Positions 1-11,200 are shown, numbered from the stretch's first letter. The stretch is DNA of 45,606 bases from Promethearchaeota archaeon (GCA_048941265.1 JBHLNT010000015.1:1-45606), one strand, 5' to 3'. Notes: generated by a model not told the origin, from the letters alone. Translations and numbers: made by a program.

Positions 1-75
1 CTAATTGAAGAAATTATAATGAATTTAGATAGAATATGATAACTAAAACAAGATTATTAATTTTAGGTAAAAAAA

Positions 76-690
76 ATGAGCGGATTAAATTTTATAAAAA
101 TATATCTAATGATTGTAATTATTGTACATTTGATTTCATTTATAGCTCCTTTAATCGTAATTAAGAAGAAAGGAAACGATCCACATGGTATTCATAAGGG
201 AAATTCAATCTTAGCAAGATTAACTCCAGTTTCATATTTTTTATTGATAATTTTCATTATGTTATATCTATTTTTTGACACAATAATAGAGGTCTTCTGG
301 ACGTTTCAATGGTTAGCTATTGATAGCATAACTATTATTGGAATTATTATGGTTGCCATTGGATCTTTCATTGAAATAGTTGCCACTAGAAGGCTTGGTA
401 TTAACTTTAGAATTGAGCTTCCAAAAGAACAAACAGAGCTGGTTGTCAATGGAATATATAGACTTATGAGAAATCCCATAGCTTTCTCTCTTTATTTATT
501 CGTACTCGGAATTTTTCTCATGATTCCAAATGTAATCTCATTAATAATATTCATAATGATTATCATGACTTTTAATGCAAAAGTTAGAAATGAAGAGAAC
601 TTTCTGTCAGAGAGATTTGGGAAGGATTATGAAGCATATAAAATGAAAGTTGGGCGATATTTTCCTATTAAATTTAAAAAAAGGAAATAA
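76..690 (+). CDS. Isoprenylcysteine carboxyl methyltransferase (ICMT/PEMT) family membrane protein
   Basis: Several TM helices plus the motifs LVVNGIYRLMRNP and EE-x-L-xx-RFG-xx-YxxY-xx-KVGRYFP. Confidence 0.85.
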   Translation: MSGLNFIKIYLMIVIIVHLISFIAPLIVIKKKGNDPHGIHKGNSILARLTPVSYFLLIIFIMLYLFFDTIIEVFWTFQWLAIDSITIIGIIMVAIGSFIEIVATRRLGINFRIELPKEQTELVVNGIYRLMRNPIAFSLYLFVLGIFLMIPNVISLIIFIMIIMTFNAKVRNEENFLSERFGKDYEAYKMKVGRYFPIKFKKRK

Positions 691-714
691 TTGAAGCATG
701 AGGATTTAATTCTA

Positions 715-1353
715 ATGAAAATTTTAGCTATTATTGGGAGTCCTCGGAAAAATGGGACAGTAAGTAAGCTTGCGCAGAATATTTTAGATGCAGCTGAAGT
801 CAATGGGCATTTAACTGAATTAATAAATCTCTATAATTATGAAATAAAACCATGTATAGGAGATTGGGCGTGTGTTAAACAAGGCAAATGTCATATTCAA
901 GACGATTTTGAAATAATTTTTCATAAATTAAAAGAAGCCGAGATAGTAATTTTGGGGAGTCCTGTTTATTGGGCAAATATTTCGGGTGTTATGAAAACTT
1001 TTTTTGACCGTCACACTGGCTATGCTATGTTTAAACCCCCTAATGCTCAAAATTTTTATAAGCTCTCAAGATGGCAAAAGATAAAAACAATATTAAGACT
1101 AATGAGGGAATTTGGACCAATTGATCCTCGATTTAAAGAAAAAAAATATATTCTAATAACCGCGGCAACTGTTCCATTTAAGAGAATAATGGGAGAAATC
1201 TCTCCAACTATCAATGCGATGAGGAAATTTGCAAAGAAACTCAAAGGAAAAATCATAGGCACGTTGATTTATACGGATACTCTTTTTAAATTTAAAAAAA
1301 ATAAAGAAAAGATAATGTTAAACAAAGCCTATAATCTCGGAAGAAAACTTTAA
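715..1353 (+). CDS. Flavodoxin-like / iron-sulfur flavoprotein (NADPH-dependent FMN reductase family)
   Basis: MKILAIIGSPRKNG, C-x2-D-x2-C-x5-C, GSPVYW. ATG at 715 with GAGGA at 700-704 is preferred over the TTG at 691. Confidence 0.85.
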   Translation: MKILAIIGSPRKNGTVSKLAQNILDAAEVNGHLTELINLYNYEIKPCIGDWACVKQGKCHIQDDFEIIFHKLKEAEIVILGSPVYWANISGVMKTFFDRHTGYAMFKPPNAQNFYKLSRWQKIKTILRLMREFGPIDPRFKEKKYILITAATVPFKRIMGEISPTINAMRKFAKKLKGKIIGTLIYTDTLFKFKKNKEKIMLNKAYNLGRKL

Positions 1354-1440
1354 TGTTTTTTTAATAATTAAGAATTGAGAAATTGGTGATCTTAAATTTT
1401 CAAGCAAAAAACTACACAAAAAGTTGAGTACGGAAATTGG

Positions 1441-2175
1441 GTGCCCAAGAACCTATTAGGATTTCTATTATTTTTGTCTATAATTCCGGCAATGATTACG
1501 CTATTTCATTTGATATTAATAATAAAGATAATTTTATGGGGTATTGCTGGCTTTTTCTTTTTATTTTTTCTTTTCATGCTTTATATTTATTTTGTTTTTG
1601 CTAAAAATGACAATAACTTACAAAATACTTTATGGGATATCGTTTTGGAAAAATTATCCTGGGACGGAAATGGAAAAGTTATTGATATTGGAACTGGAGC
1701 TGGAGCAATTGCTATAAAATTAGCAAAAAAATTTCCTAATTCTGAAGTTTGGGGAGTCGATAAGTGGGGAAAGGGATGGAATTATTCTAAGACTTTATGT
1801 GAGAAAAATGCCAGCATAGAAGGAGTATCGGGTAATGCTATTTTTCAAAAAGCTAGTGCGTCTAATCTTCCCTTCAAAGATAATGAATTTGACGCGATTA
1901 TTAGTAATTTTGTATATCATGAAGTGCGTGACGTTAAGGAGAAAACAGATACAATTAAGGAATCCTTAAGAATTCTAAAAAAAGATGGTAAATTTGCGCT
2001 TCAAGATTTGTTTTTACATGAGAAAAAATTCGGTAAAATCAAAAATTTGAATAATAAATTTAAAGAATGGGGCGTAAGAGAAATAAATTCATTTAACCCT
2101 TTAATTGAAATTAAAATGAATTGGATTTTACGTCGTATGTTTAGAAATAGCTTAATATTATATGGTAAAAAATAA
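1441..2175 (+). CDS. Class I SAM-dependent methyltransferase with N-terminal TM helices
   Basis: VIDIGTGAG motif I, ASNLPFKDNEFDAIISN. True start is probably upstream (see findings). Confidence 0.88.
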   Translation: MPKNLLGFLLFLSIIPAMITLFHLILIIKIILWGIAGFFFLFFLFMLYIYFVFAKNDNNLQNTLWDIVLEKLSWDGNGKVIDIGTGAGAIAIKLAKKFPNSEVWGVDKWGKGWNYSKTLCEKNASIEGVSGNAIFQKASASNLPFKDNEFDAIISNFVYHEVRDVKEKTDTIKESLRILKKDGKFALQDLFLHEKKFGKIKNLNNKFKEWGVREINSFNPLIEIKMNWILRRMFRNSLILYGKK

Positions 2176-2193
2176 TTCTAATAGAAGAGAATT

Positions 2194-2592
2194 ATGGTTT
2201 CTGAGCGAATATGGAAAACATTATGGTTATTTTTAGGGATTACTTTTATGCTTATCTCTATTTTTATGATGCTTTTAGCGCCCACGCTTGCTTCAATAAC
2301 AGGAACAGAACCATTCTCAGATCGTGCTAGAGCCATGATAAGTTTTTTCTGGATTTGGATGTTCATATATAATGGAATAGGATTCTCTCTTCTTTATAAA
2401 AACACAGAAAAATATGAGATTTTATTAATTTTAGCAATTCCTGCAGGAATCGCATTTACAATCCTTCAATTAATCTATATAACTCTAGGATATTTTGAAT
2501 TAGTTTTAACTGAAGTAATTTGGGCAGTAAGTTCATTAGTATGGTCAATATTATGTATTTTATATTTTATCGATAAAAAAGGGAAATCCTAA
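2194..2592 (+). CDS. Hypothetical 4-TM membrane protein
   Basis: ATG start, four hydrophobic segments, co-oriented with upstream genes. Confidence 0.7.
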   Translation: MVSERIWKTLWLFLGITFMLISIFMMLLAPTLASITGTEPFSDRARAMISFFWIWMFIYNGIGFSLLYKNTEKYEILLILAIPAGIAFTILQLIYITLGYFELVLTEVIWAVSSLVWSILCILYFIDKKGKS

Positions 2593-2840
2593 TTCTTTTT
2601 CAAATTTCTAATAAAAAAAGAGAGAAAATGATGGATAAAGCTTATAAATTAGGCAAATTCCTTAATTCAAGAATTTAATTTGGAGGAATTTTATAAGAAT
2701 TAAGAGAGAAATGAAGTAAGAATTTTTAAATGAATAAAAATGAGAGTTATCTATAATAATTGGTCTACTAAATATTAATAAACAACAGAATTATTATTTT
2801 TAATAAAATAATATTATATTAATAATAAAGTGAAAAATAA

Positions 2841-3344
2841 TTGGAAATTGAGAAGAAATCTGCACATGAAAGAGAGGTACCTTATTCTCATTTAATCCAA
2901 GGGTTATCCCCAATAATTTTCATAATAATCTTGCTTTTAGATTCATTTGTATTGTTTTTTTCTGTTTATTTGAATAATCTTATTCCTTTTTTTATACGAT
3001 TGGGATTATGTATTGTCATATTAAGTATAGCTTTGAGTTTAATAATTCTGTCTCATCGAGCAATCTTCAGCAAAAATCAACCCTCAGACACCTTGATTAC
3101 AGATGGTCTTTTAAAATATGTAAGAAATCCTCTGTATCTTGGTGTTTTATTAATTTATGTCGCTTTTCTTTTTCTTAGCATTTCATTGATTTCGATTGCG
3201 GTATTTATCGTAATTTTTCTAATATATAATCGAATGGTGAATTATGAGGAAAAAGTGCTTGAAAAAATTTTTGGAGAGGATTATTTAAAATATAAAAAAA
3301 GAGTTTCGAAGTGGATTCCTAATCCCTTTAAAAAGTCCAAATAA
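2841..3344 (+). CDS. Second ICMT/PEMT family methyltransferase
   Basis: LITDGLLKYVRNPLYLG, YEEKVLEKIFGEDYLKYKKRVSKWIP. Confidence 0.85.
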   Translation: MEIEKKSAHEREVPYSHLIQGLSPIIFIIILLLDSFVLFFSVYLNNLIPFFIRLGLCIVILSIALSLIILSHRAIFSKNQPSDTLITDGLLKYVRNPLYLGVLLIYVAFLFLSISLISIAVFIVIFLIYNRMVNYEEKVLEKIFGEDYLKYKKRVSKWIPNPFKKSK

Positions 3345-3526
3345 AAAATGAAAATAAATAAGAACTATTTTTTTAAAATTTTTAATTTCTTAAAATCAAT
3401 AGAATTATTAGGTTTGAAATAATTTAAATAAGGTAGGAATTTTGAATATAAAATAAGATATACAGAAAAGATTTATAAACCAACTTAACACTTTTTATAA
3501 ATATTACATTCAAATGGTCATCTTAA

Positions 3527-4453
3527 ATGGAAGAGTATAAATGTGAAGTCTTAATCATTGGTGCTGGACCAGCTGGTTTAAATGCAGGGGTTTATTGCGG
3601 GAGAGCAAATAGAGATACTATCATACTTCAGGGAAAAGAGTTATCCGCCTTGGAAAGAACCAAAGAGATACAAAACTGGCTTGGAATTCCGAAAATCGAA
3701 GGTTCTAAACTCTTAGAGCAATTTAAAAAACATACTGAGAGCCATGAAGCTGTTAAAATTGTTAAGGGAGATGTCATCAGTCTCATGATGGGAATGGGCA
3801 TGAATATGATCTCAACGAGATCTGCCACAATTTCTTCTGACGTTGTCATTATTGCAACTGGTTCCGGGCAGCGAAAAGAAGTAATTAAGGGAGAAAGTAA
3901 TTTAGTAGGTTACGGAGTTTCTTATTGTGCTTTATGCGATGGACCTCTATATAGAGAGAGAGTAGTATATTTATATGGGACTGATGAAGAAGTTATTGAA
4001 GACGCCTTGGTGCTTAATCAAATGGGATGTATTGTTAATATAATTACTCCCGTTGGAATAAATGAATTACCTGGAAAAATTAATGAAGTTAAAGAAAGGA
4101 AAATTAATATTATAGACAAAACTGAAATCTTGGAAGTGATTTCAAAGTCTGATGGCCTCATTGAAAAAATTATTTGTAAATCAGTTGAATCTGAGGAAAT
4201 AAAAGAATATGAATTGGATTGTTTATTTATTTTTTCTCATGTTCCCTCAAATTCTATATTTAAGAAAGCTGGTATAGAATTAGACGAAAAAGGCAATATA
4301 AAAGTTGATGAAAATCAACAAACAAATCTTAAAAGCGTTTTTGCAGCAGGGGATGTTACTGGAGGCACTTTTCAAGTTATCTTCGCTGCAGCTGAGGGTG
4401 CGCGGGCTGCTTTGAATGCTTTGAAATATCTTAGATCTATCAAGAAAGAGTAA
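3527..4453 (+). CDS. trxB: Thioredoxin reductase-like flavoprotein
   Basis: IIGAGPAG FAD motif, GVSYCALCDG active site, VFAAGDV. Confidence 0.88.
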   Translation: MEEYKCEVLIIGAGPAGLNAGVYCGRANRDTIILQGKELSALERTKEIQNWLGIPKIEGSKLLEQFKKHTESHEAVKIVKGDVISLMMGMGMNMISTRSATISSDVVIIATGSGQRKEVIKGESNLVGYGVSYCALCDGPLYRERVVYLYGTDEEVIEDALVLNQMGCIVNIITPVGINELPGKINEVKERKINIIDKTEILEVISKSDGLIEKIICKSVESEEIKEYELDCLFIFSHVPSNSIFKKAGIELDEKGNIKVDENQQTNLKSVFAAGDVTGGTFQVIFAAAEGARAALNALKYLRSIKKE

Positions 4454-4533
4454 AATTTAGTTTATTTTTTAAAGTTATCACCTAGATATTATAGCATCTT
4501 ATTTTTGTGTTATTCTTGTAATACTAACATATT

Positions 4534-5454
4534 ATGGTTGATTACAAAATTTCGGATTTTATGGATGACTACTTAATTGCGAAAGAAGTTGAAGAAGGAT
4601 GTGCATCTTCAACTGTAAAAGCATATAGATATGACCTTCAAAAATTTATTAATATTGTGGGAGACCAAGAGGTCAATTCGCCTTTAATGAGGCAAAAAGT
4701 TCGGTTATTCTTGAAGAAACTTAAAGATAAAAACTATACCAAAAAAGGTATAGCTCGAAAAATAGCCTCTTTACGTTCTTTTTTTAAGTTTTTAACTTTA
4801 AACGAATTTATTGATAAGAATCCATTGGATGTAATTCGAACTCCAAAGATTAAACTCGAAGAAAGTTTACCCAAATTTTTATCTCTTCAGGATATTGAGG
4901 TTATATTTGAAAAATTAAAAGATAGGACTTTGTTTAATTCGCGAAAGTGCGAGCGATATTATTTAATTATTCGTTTGTTTTATTCAACTATGGCAAGAGT
5001 GAGCGAACTATGTAATATTAAGATACGGGATGTTGATTTTGAAAAAGGATATATCCGATTACGGGGAAAGGGGAACAAAGAGCGGATTGTACCTGTAGAC
5101 CGAGGAACCATTAAAGCTCTTAAAGAATATTTAAGGAATAGGATTTACTACGAAACTGAAGATTATCTTTTGGTTAATACGAGAAATGAAAAACTTAATC
5201 CACGCGTAGTACAAAATGATATAAAAACAATAAAAGAAAAATGCGGATTTCAGGATTCTAAGATCATCACTCCACATGTTTTCAGACATACAGGAGCCAC
5301 ACATCTAAGACGTTCAGGTATGGACATTAGTGAATTACAGGATATTTTGGGACATAGTAGTCCAAACACCACAAGAATTTATGCGAAGAATGATATAACT
5401 AAATTAAAACAGTCTTATAGCCAAATGCATCCATTAAATAACAATAGTTTATAA
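4534..5454 (+). CDS. xerA: XerA-type tyrosine recombinase
   Basis: N-terminal core-binding domain (STVKAYRYDL, ARKIASLRSFFKFL) and intact catalytic residues R (ARVSE), K (GKGNKER), HxxR (HVFRH), H (LGH), Y (TRIY). Confidence 0.9.
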   Translation: MVDYKISDFMDDYLIAKEVEEGCASSTVKAYRYDLQKFINIVGDQEVNSPLMRQKVRLFLKKLKDKNYTKKGIARKIASLRSFFKFLTLNEFIDKNPLDVIRTPKIKLEESLPKFLSLQDIEVIFEKLKDRTLFNSRKCERYYLIIRLFYSTMARVSELCNIKIRDVDFEKGYIRLRGKGNKERIVPVDRGTIKALKEYLRNRIYYETEDYLLVNTRNEKLNPRVVQNDIKTIKEKCGFQDSKIITPHVFRHTGATHLRRSGMDISELQDILGHSSPNTTRIYAKNDITKLKQSYSQMHPLNNNSL

Positions 5455-5468
5455 AATAACATAAATTA

Positions 5469-6464
5469 TCAGAAGAGCCATATCCCTAAGAATATAAATA
5501 TAGGAATATAAATAATTGCCATCATGGTGATTGTAAATACGCAGAAACCCGAAAATTCGTAGTCTAATTCAAAATATTCAGCATAAGCTACATTAGAGAC
5601 AGCAGGAGGATCAACAAATAAAATCATTAGAATGATAAGAATGATAGGACTCATTTCAGAGGAGAATTTTAGAAGTTGCACAAGTATTAAAAAAAGAACG
5701 AAGGAATAACCTACTCTGACTATTAAAACCATAATAAAATCCTTATTTATGATGAATTGACGAAACCTACTAAAATCAAAATTGACAAGTAATAAACCAA
5801 TTATTAAGGCTCCGAAAATTGAAGTGATTGTTGAGAGAATTTCATTGAATGTAATATAAATTTCTTGAGTAAGCCTAATACCAAGGAGATTTAATATCAC
5901 ACTTATAATTAAAGCTACCGTTGGCGGAAAAGTTATCAATTCTTTTAAACTATCCAGGTAGGTTTTCGTTTTTTTCCCATAATATATACACTGATACGTT
6001 AATAAGGTGCTTCTTAAAATTTGCGCAGATAATGAAAATATGACTAAAATTACAATATATCCCGGACCAAATAAACTCAAAACTATGGGTAATGGAAAAA
6101 GAAAAGCATTTGGAAACGATACTATACTTAAAATTGATCCTTTTCTTTGATTATCTTCTGTTCCTTTTTTTCTTAATATGATTAAATATGCTACAAATTG
6201 CGATGTGAATACTAGAATGATTTGAAAGATAACTATATTAATAATTACTGAAATTTCTAAGGATTCATTTGGAATTAGAAAAGCAAATAGCACCAATGGA
6301 GGAGCAAGTATAAACAATAGAATAAAAGACAAGTATTTTCCTATTTCTTTACTTTTACTCTTAAATATTCTTCCAAAAATATATCCTAAAGCAATGACCA
6401 AATAGAAAATTAATAAGGCAAAGAATAAACCGTTCATGAAAACGAAAATGCTTAAAATTTCCAA
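5469..6464 (-). CDS. AEC (auxin efflux carrier) family membrane transporter
   Basis: About 10 TM helices, FPNA-x3-LP and PPA helix-crossing motifs. Confidence 0.75.
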   Translation of the reverse strand: MEILSIFVFMNGLFFALLIFYLVIALGYIFGRIFKSKSKEIGKYLSFILLFILAPPLVLFAFLIPNESLEISVIINIVIFQIILVFTSQFVAYLIILRKKGTEDNQRKGSILSIVSFPNAFLFPLPIVLSLFGPGYIVILVIFSLSAQILRSTLLTYQCIYYGKKTKTYLDSLKELITFPPTVALIISVILNLLGIRLTQEIYITFNEILSTITSIFGALIIGLLLVNFDFSRFRQFIINKDFIMVLIVRVGYSFVLFLILVQLLKFSSEMSPIILIILMILFVDPPAVSNVAYAEYFELDYEFSGFCVFTITMMAIIYIPIFIFLGIWLF

Positions 6465-6682
6465 TAATTAGGTTGACATGTAAAAAATTTCATTGATTAT
6501 TAACTTTTTGAAACAGTAGGCTGGACGTTGGCTCGTGTTTTAACTTTATATAAGATAATTATTTCCTTAATTAATAGATAAATAACAATTACCCATATTT
6601 ATAAGAAAGTTTAAACTTTAAATGTTCTATATTTTATTATAAATTGATAATTAAATAAATAATATCCGCGATATGAACAAAA

Positions 6683-7873
6683 ATGGACGAAGACGCCTTT
6701 AGAAAGGAATTTGGGCAGCAAACTGTCTTTAGACAGGCAGGCTCTCTTGATTTGAGCTATGTCCCTCCTAAATTATATTGTCGTGACGAGGTAATAAAAT
6801 CATTAATTTATAATTATAGAAGAATTTTGGAAGAAAAAGAGCCTCCATCAATTAATTGTCTATTGTTAGGCAAAGGAGGAGTTGGAAAAACTGTTACCGC
6901 GAAATACTTTGGGACTAATTTTAGAAGCATTGCGCTTGAGAAGGATGTGAATCTTTTTATTGAGTATTACAACTGCATAAATTTCAGGAGTAAGTCAAAA
7001 ATCATTAGAGAATTACTTGCCAAGTATACTCACGGTTCTGGAAGAGGATTTTCTGACGATGAAGCATTAAAGTTAATCTTAACCAAATTGATCAATGATG
7101 ATGCCTATATGTTCTTAGTAATTGATGAAGTCCAGATCTTAAAATCTGAAGACGTGTTGGCTTTTTTGGATATCGCGGAAACGTTCGGACATCATAATGC
7201 AAAACTTTCTGTTTTATTAGTTTCAAGAATTAAAGACTGGATGCGAATAGAAACAGAGAGAATTCTTAGCCGATTAAACGAGAAAATTATATTAAAACCT
7301 TATGACTTTGATGATTCCAATTTAATTTTACAATATCGAAGCGAAATAGCGTTTAAAGAAAACGTGGTCAATGATGACATTTTGGCAATGGTTAGCCAAA
7401 TTGTAGTAGAAAACAAGAATATGAGACATGGAATCGAAATTTTAAGAAAATGTGGGTTATATGCAGATAGAGAAGGTTTAAACCGTATATCTGCGGATAT
7501 GGTAAGAGAAGCATCTAATGAAGTATATCCTACTTTTAGGGCAGATATTATCGATCGTTTGAATGAGCAGGAACTGCTTGCACTTTATGGAATTGTAAGA
7601 ACTCTCATCAATAATGATGAGCCATACGCCTTAGTAGATGATGCCTTTGACGAATATGAAGCAATATGTGAAAATTATTCGATTGAACCTCACGTGAAAA
7701 TGAGCTATCGAAAGTATGTCCGCCAATTGAGAGACTTAAAAATAATTGCGTCTAAGACCGTTCGAATTGAAGATGCCCAACGAGGGAGGCATCTCAAAAT
7801 TACCCTTTTAGATATCCCACCAAGAAAATTAGAAGAATTACTTGATGATTTATTTAAAAAAAAATTTGCTTAA
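6683..7873 (+). CDS. cdc6: Orc1/Cdc6 replication initiator (AAA+ plus winged helix)
   Basis: LDLSYVPPKLYCRDE, Walker A GKGGVGKT, Walker B VIDEV, PYD, C-terminal wHTH with RGR. Confidence 0.93.
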   Translation: MDEDAFRKEFGQQTVFRQAGSLDLSYVPPKLYCRDEVIKSLIYNYRRILEEKEPPSINCLLLGKGGVGKTVTAKYFGTNFRSIALEKDVNLFIEYYNCINFRSKSKIIRELLAKYTHGSGRGFSDDEALKLILTKLINDDAYMFLVIDEVQILKSEDVLAFLDIAETFGHHNAKLSVLLVSRIKDWMRIETERILSRLNEKIILKPYDFDDSNLILQYRSEIAFKENVVNDDILAMVSQIVVENKNMRHGIEILRKCGLYADREGLNRISADMVREASNEVYPTFRADIIDRLNEQELLALYGIVRTLINNDEPYALVDDAFDEYEAICENYSIEPHVKMSYRKYVRQLRDLKIIASKTVRIEDAQRGRHLKITLLDIPPRKLEELLDDLFKKKFA

Positions 7874-7911
7874 CTTTCATTAGAATTAAAAATACGACAG
7901 CTATCAATAAA

Positions 7912-7958
7912 TTTCACTCTATTGGATTTTTCTGCTATTTTTACATACAATAATTTAA
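7912..7958. repeat. Direct repeat A, left copy (47 bp; 26-bp identical core TTTCACTCTATTGGATTTTTCTGCTA)
   Basis: Matches 12873-12919 at 43/47 positions. Confidence 0.9.
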
Positions 7959-7992
7959 CATTTAAATTGTCAAGTGTAATCTTTAATAATAC

Positions 7993-8019
7993 TCCAATTT
8001 TGTAAACAATAAAGGGGGG
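7993..8019 (+). promoter_or_regulatory. ORB-like element with G-string; possible replication origin downstream of cdc6
   Basis: TCCAATTTTGTAAACAATAAAGGGGGG resembles the archaeal ORB (TCCA...AAAC...GGGGG) but with non-canonical spacing; 120 bp from cdc6. Confidence 0.4.
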
Positions 8020-8279
8020 CCATTATAGCAAATAGATATGGATTTTTACGGGGCATAGCAATATTTATACTATTTTGGTTCTGTATTCCCTTTTTTTGGA
8101 TATCTGTAGTGAGGGATTGTGTTTCGGAAATAGAGGAAATTGAGAAAATTTTTTCAGAACGTATTAATAAATTTAAGAATAGAAATATGCAATTTAATAC
8201 CTAATTTAATAAATTGGAATTTTTATCGAAAATTAAAAAAAGGAATTAAAAATGAAAAAAATAAAAATTTTAATTATAT

Positions 8280-11200
8280 CTAATTTTTTAGTATTTCAAT
8301 ATTATCTAGGGCTTGGTTGATTTCGAAAAGTAATCTGTCGGCTAATTCTTGAGAAATTTTTCCCTTATCTAATAAATGATTTATAACGCACTTAGCTTTG
8401 TCTAGTTTAATAGAAGCGCTAGTTAAAAAATGTTTAATATCATGATCCAATGAAATTTTAAAAATTGATATTTCAAGCATCGTAACTGCCCCTCTAATAT
8501 AATTGCTAAGACACCAGCAATAGCACCAATTTAGTTCCTCTTCTATCATATCGTTAAGATTAAGTAAATCAACTTCAATTAATGCTATAGAATATCCTTG
8601 TTCTGTTCCAACTGAATTACCCATCAAAAGAATAATATTATTCCTAATAATGTGAATAAAATTAATCATATATTCTGCATTTTCGTCGTTTATAAAGTTT
8701 AATCTATTTATTAATTCGATTTTAAACTCTGTAATTTTTAAATAGATTTGTGCAATTACATCATAAAAAAGAGCACATTTACATTTTCCATTTTCAATGA
8801 AATAATAAGCTTCTTGTAATCGTTCTTGGGTTTTATCTAATATATGAATAAAAATTCGACTAATACAACTAGAAACATTCGCCTGAATATAATCTTTTAA
8901 TTCATCTATTTGACTATTAACAAAATCATATAAAAAGTCTAAGGTGAATTCAAGCATTGCTGATGCTTCGGAAGTTTCCTCATCTCCCGCCCAATCTTTA
9001 TCGTTATTAGTTGCAAACACGAATAAGGTGTAATTTCCAACCTTCAATGGGAGTATTAATTGATAAGTTATATTTTCCTCAAGTAGACCTGAAAAAATAA
9101 TATTGTCATTGTTATCTAAGATTATATATGTTCCTGTTGCTATACTATCGAGTATTCCATCATTATCTTCAATCTCTAACACCCATCCCAGTCCTTTTTC
9201 TGATATTAATATTTCTGGAGGAGTTATATCATCGTCTAAAATTGTTAATTCAATACTAGCTTCAGACCACATCAACTTTTTAGTAGTATTTTGATAAGCA
9301 ATTAATTGAAGTTTAATTTCTTTAGAAATCTCAGGAACACTATTCGATTTAAGTGCTATTTGCAATTTTAAACTTTTTACTTCATTTTTGCTTAATAAAA
9401 TATAATAGTTTCCTTCTTCATTTTTTTCTAATTCTGTATCATTGCTATAGAAAATGCTATAAGTGAGATAATCTGGTAAATTTGTTATTACAAGAGTGGA
9501 TACGATATAATCATAGTTATCTTCTAAGATTTGCCCTACTAAATTTTCAATATTGATTGAAAAATTAACATTTGTACCATCATATAAAACCTTCTTTTCC
9601 ACATCTACTAAAGTAAGCTGAATTTGATTTTTCTGTAATGCATATCGTTCAAAACTCTTCGCGTAATAATAAATCGATAAAAATTCGTCTCGATATGTGT
9701 TAAAAAATAAGTCTAGAGAAGAATCCTTTATTATATTAGCTAATAAACTTGCATTATAAAATTCTTCATTTAAAATTAGGTTTGTCAACGTATTTAGTTG
9801 GTCTAAAAGTGTATTGATTTCTAGTTCAATTTCTGGTCCTGATAAGGGAGATAATCCTAATTTACCTACTGAGATATATTGATTGGTCTTTATATTCTCT
9901 TCAAGTAAACTTAGGCATAATTCATCGATAGACTCAAAAATATGGGAACTTCTCATTGCCATTTCATTTAATAACTCCATGTCTTTATGTTCTATAGAAT
10001 TAATAGCGATTTCTTTATTCTGCATATCTTTTAAGACATTAGTCTCAATATTTCTAGTTATTTCAAATTCTGTAACAAAATCTTTATATTTAGGATCAAA
10101 TTCGAACTCAAATTCTGGAGATGTTAAAATATCCATATCAATATCAGAAAAATATAAGGGATTATTATTTGTCTCAGATTCAATAGAATTCATAAAAGAA
10201 ACGTAATAATATTCTAACTGTTTTGATGTCTCGATCATTTCATATGAAAATTCTTGAATGTTTTGAGTTTGAAAAGAGCATGCTGAAAAATTATTGCTAG
10301 CGAAGGCAGTGTTATATCTATTATTCGCAATTATAAGATTAGTAGTTAATCTTTCTAAATCTAATAATGAATCTATTATTGCCTTTCCTTGTATTGCAAT
10401 TGAATTATGAGCCTGAATTTCCTCATAAAGTTCTGGAAAACGTTCATATGGATAAGAAACCACATCAACATTAGGTTTTTCATAATAATTATTATCGGGA
10501 GGATCTTTTCCGTTCACAATGTCTAATATTGCGGTGTCCTTATATATATCAGTTGCTACGCCTATACCGGTAAGAAGACATAGTAGAAATGTCGGGCAAT
10601 AATCCATAGAAGAAACAGAAAACATTAAATCACTAAACATTTCATAACTGATAAAATTTCTTAGAGCATCTCTCTGAGAATCATCAGGTATTAATCCAAT
10701 TCCAGTATAATATATTAAATCCTCTGAATCAACTAATTCCCAATCTTCTGGATCCATTATTAACATTTGTCGTACATTAGTCCATTTATTATATGGATTG
10801 CCTCGAATATAATGATAATCATCCACATCCTCATTTAAATGCCACCACCATTTAGAAGGGTCATTCCAATATTTTTCTGCGCCATAAGCTTCTAAAATAC
10901 CGAAAAAAAGCCCCATAAATCCTCCTAAATTTGAAATTTTTGCCCCTAAAATATCTGCGCTATACACTAAAGAAAGCCAATCTTCAATATCTTTACTTTC
11001 ATTTTCCATTGTTTTGATAAAATCTAATGCTGTAGGAGGTAAGGGAATACCCAGAGCAGCAAACACATATTGCGCAAAAATTCTAGAATTCAAAAATTGT
11101 GCTTCCAATTCTGTAGCATCCTTAATTCCTTTTGTCCAATCATCCCAAATAACGCCAGAAGTATCCAAAATTTCTAAAGTTTTAATAGATATTTTACATA

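Noticed and set aside
4454-4533. dif site next to xerA
   Set aside because: No convincing 11-6-11 inverted repeat
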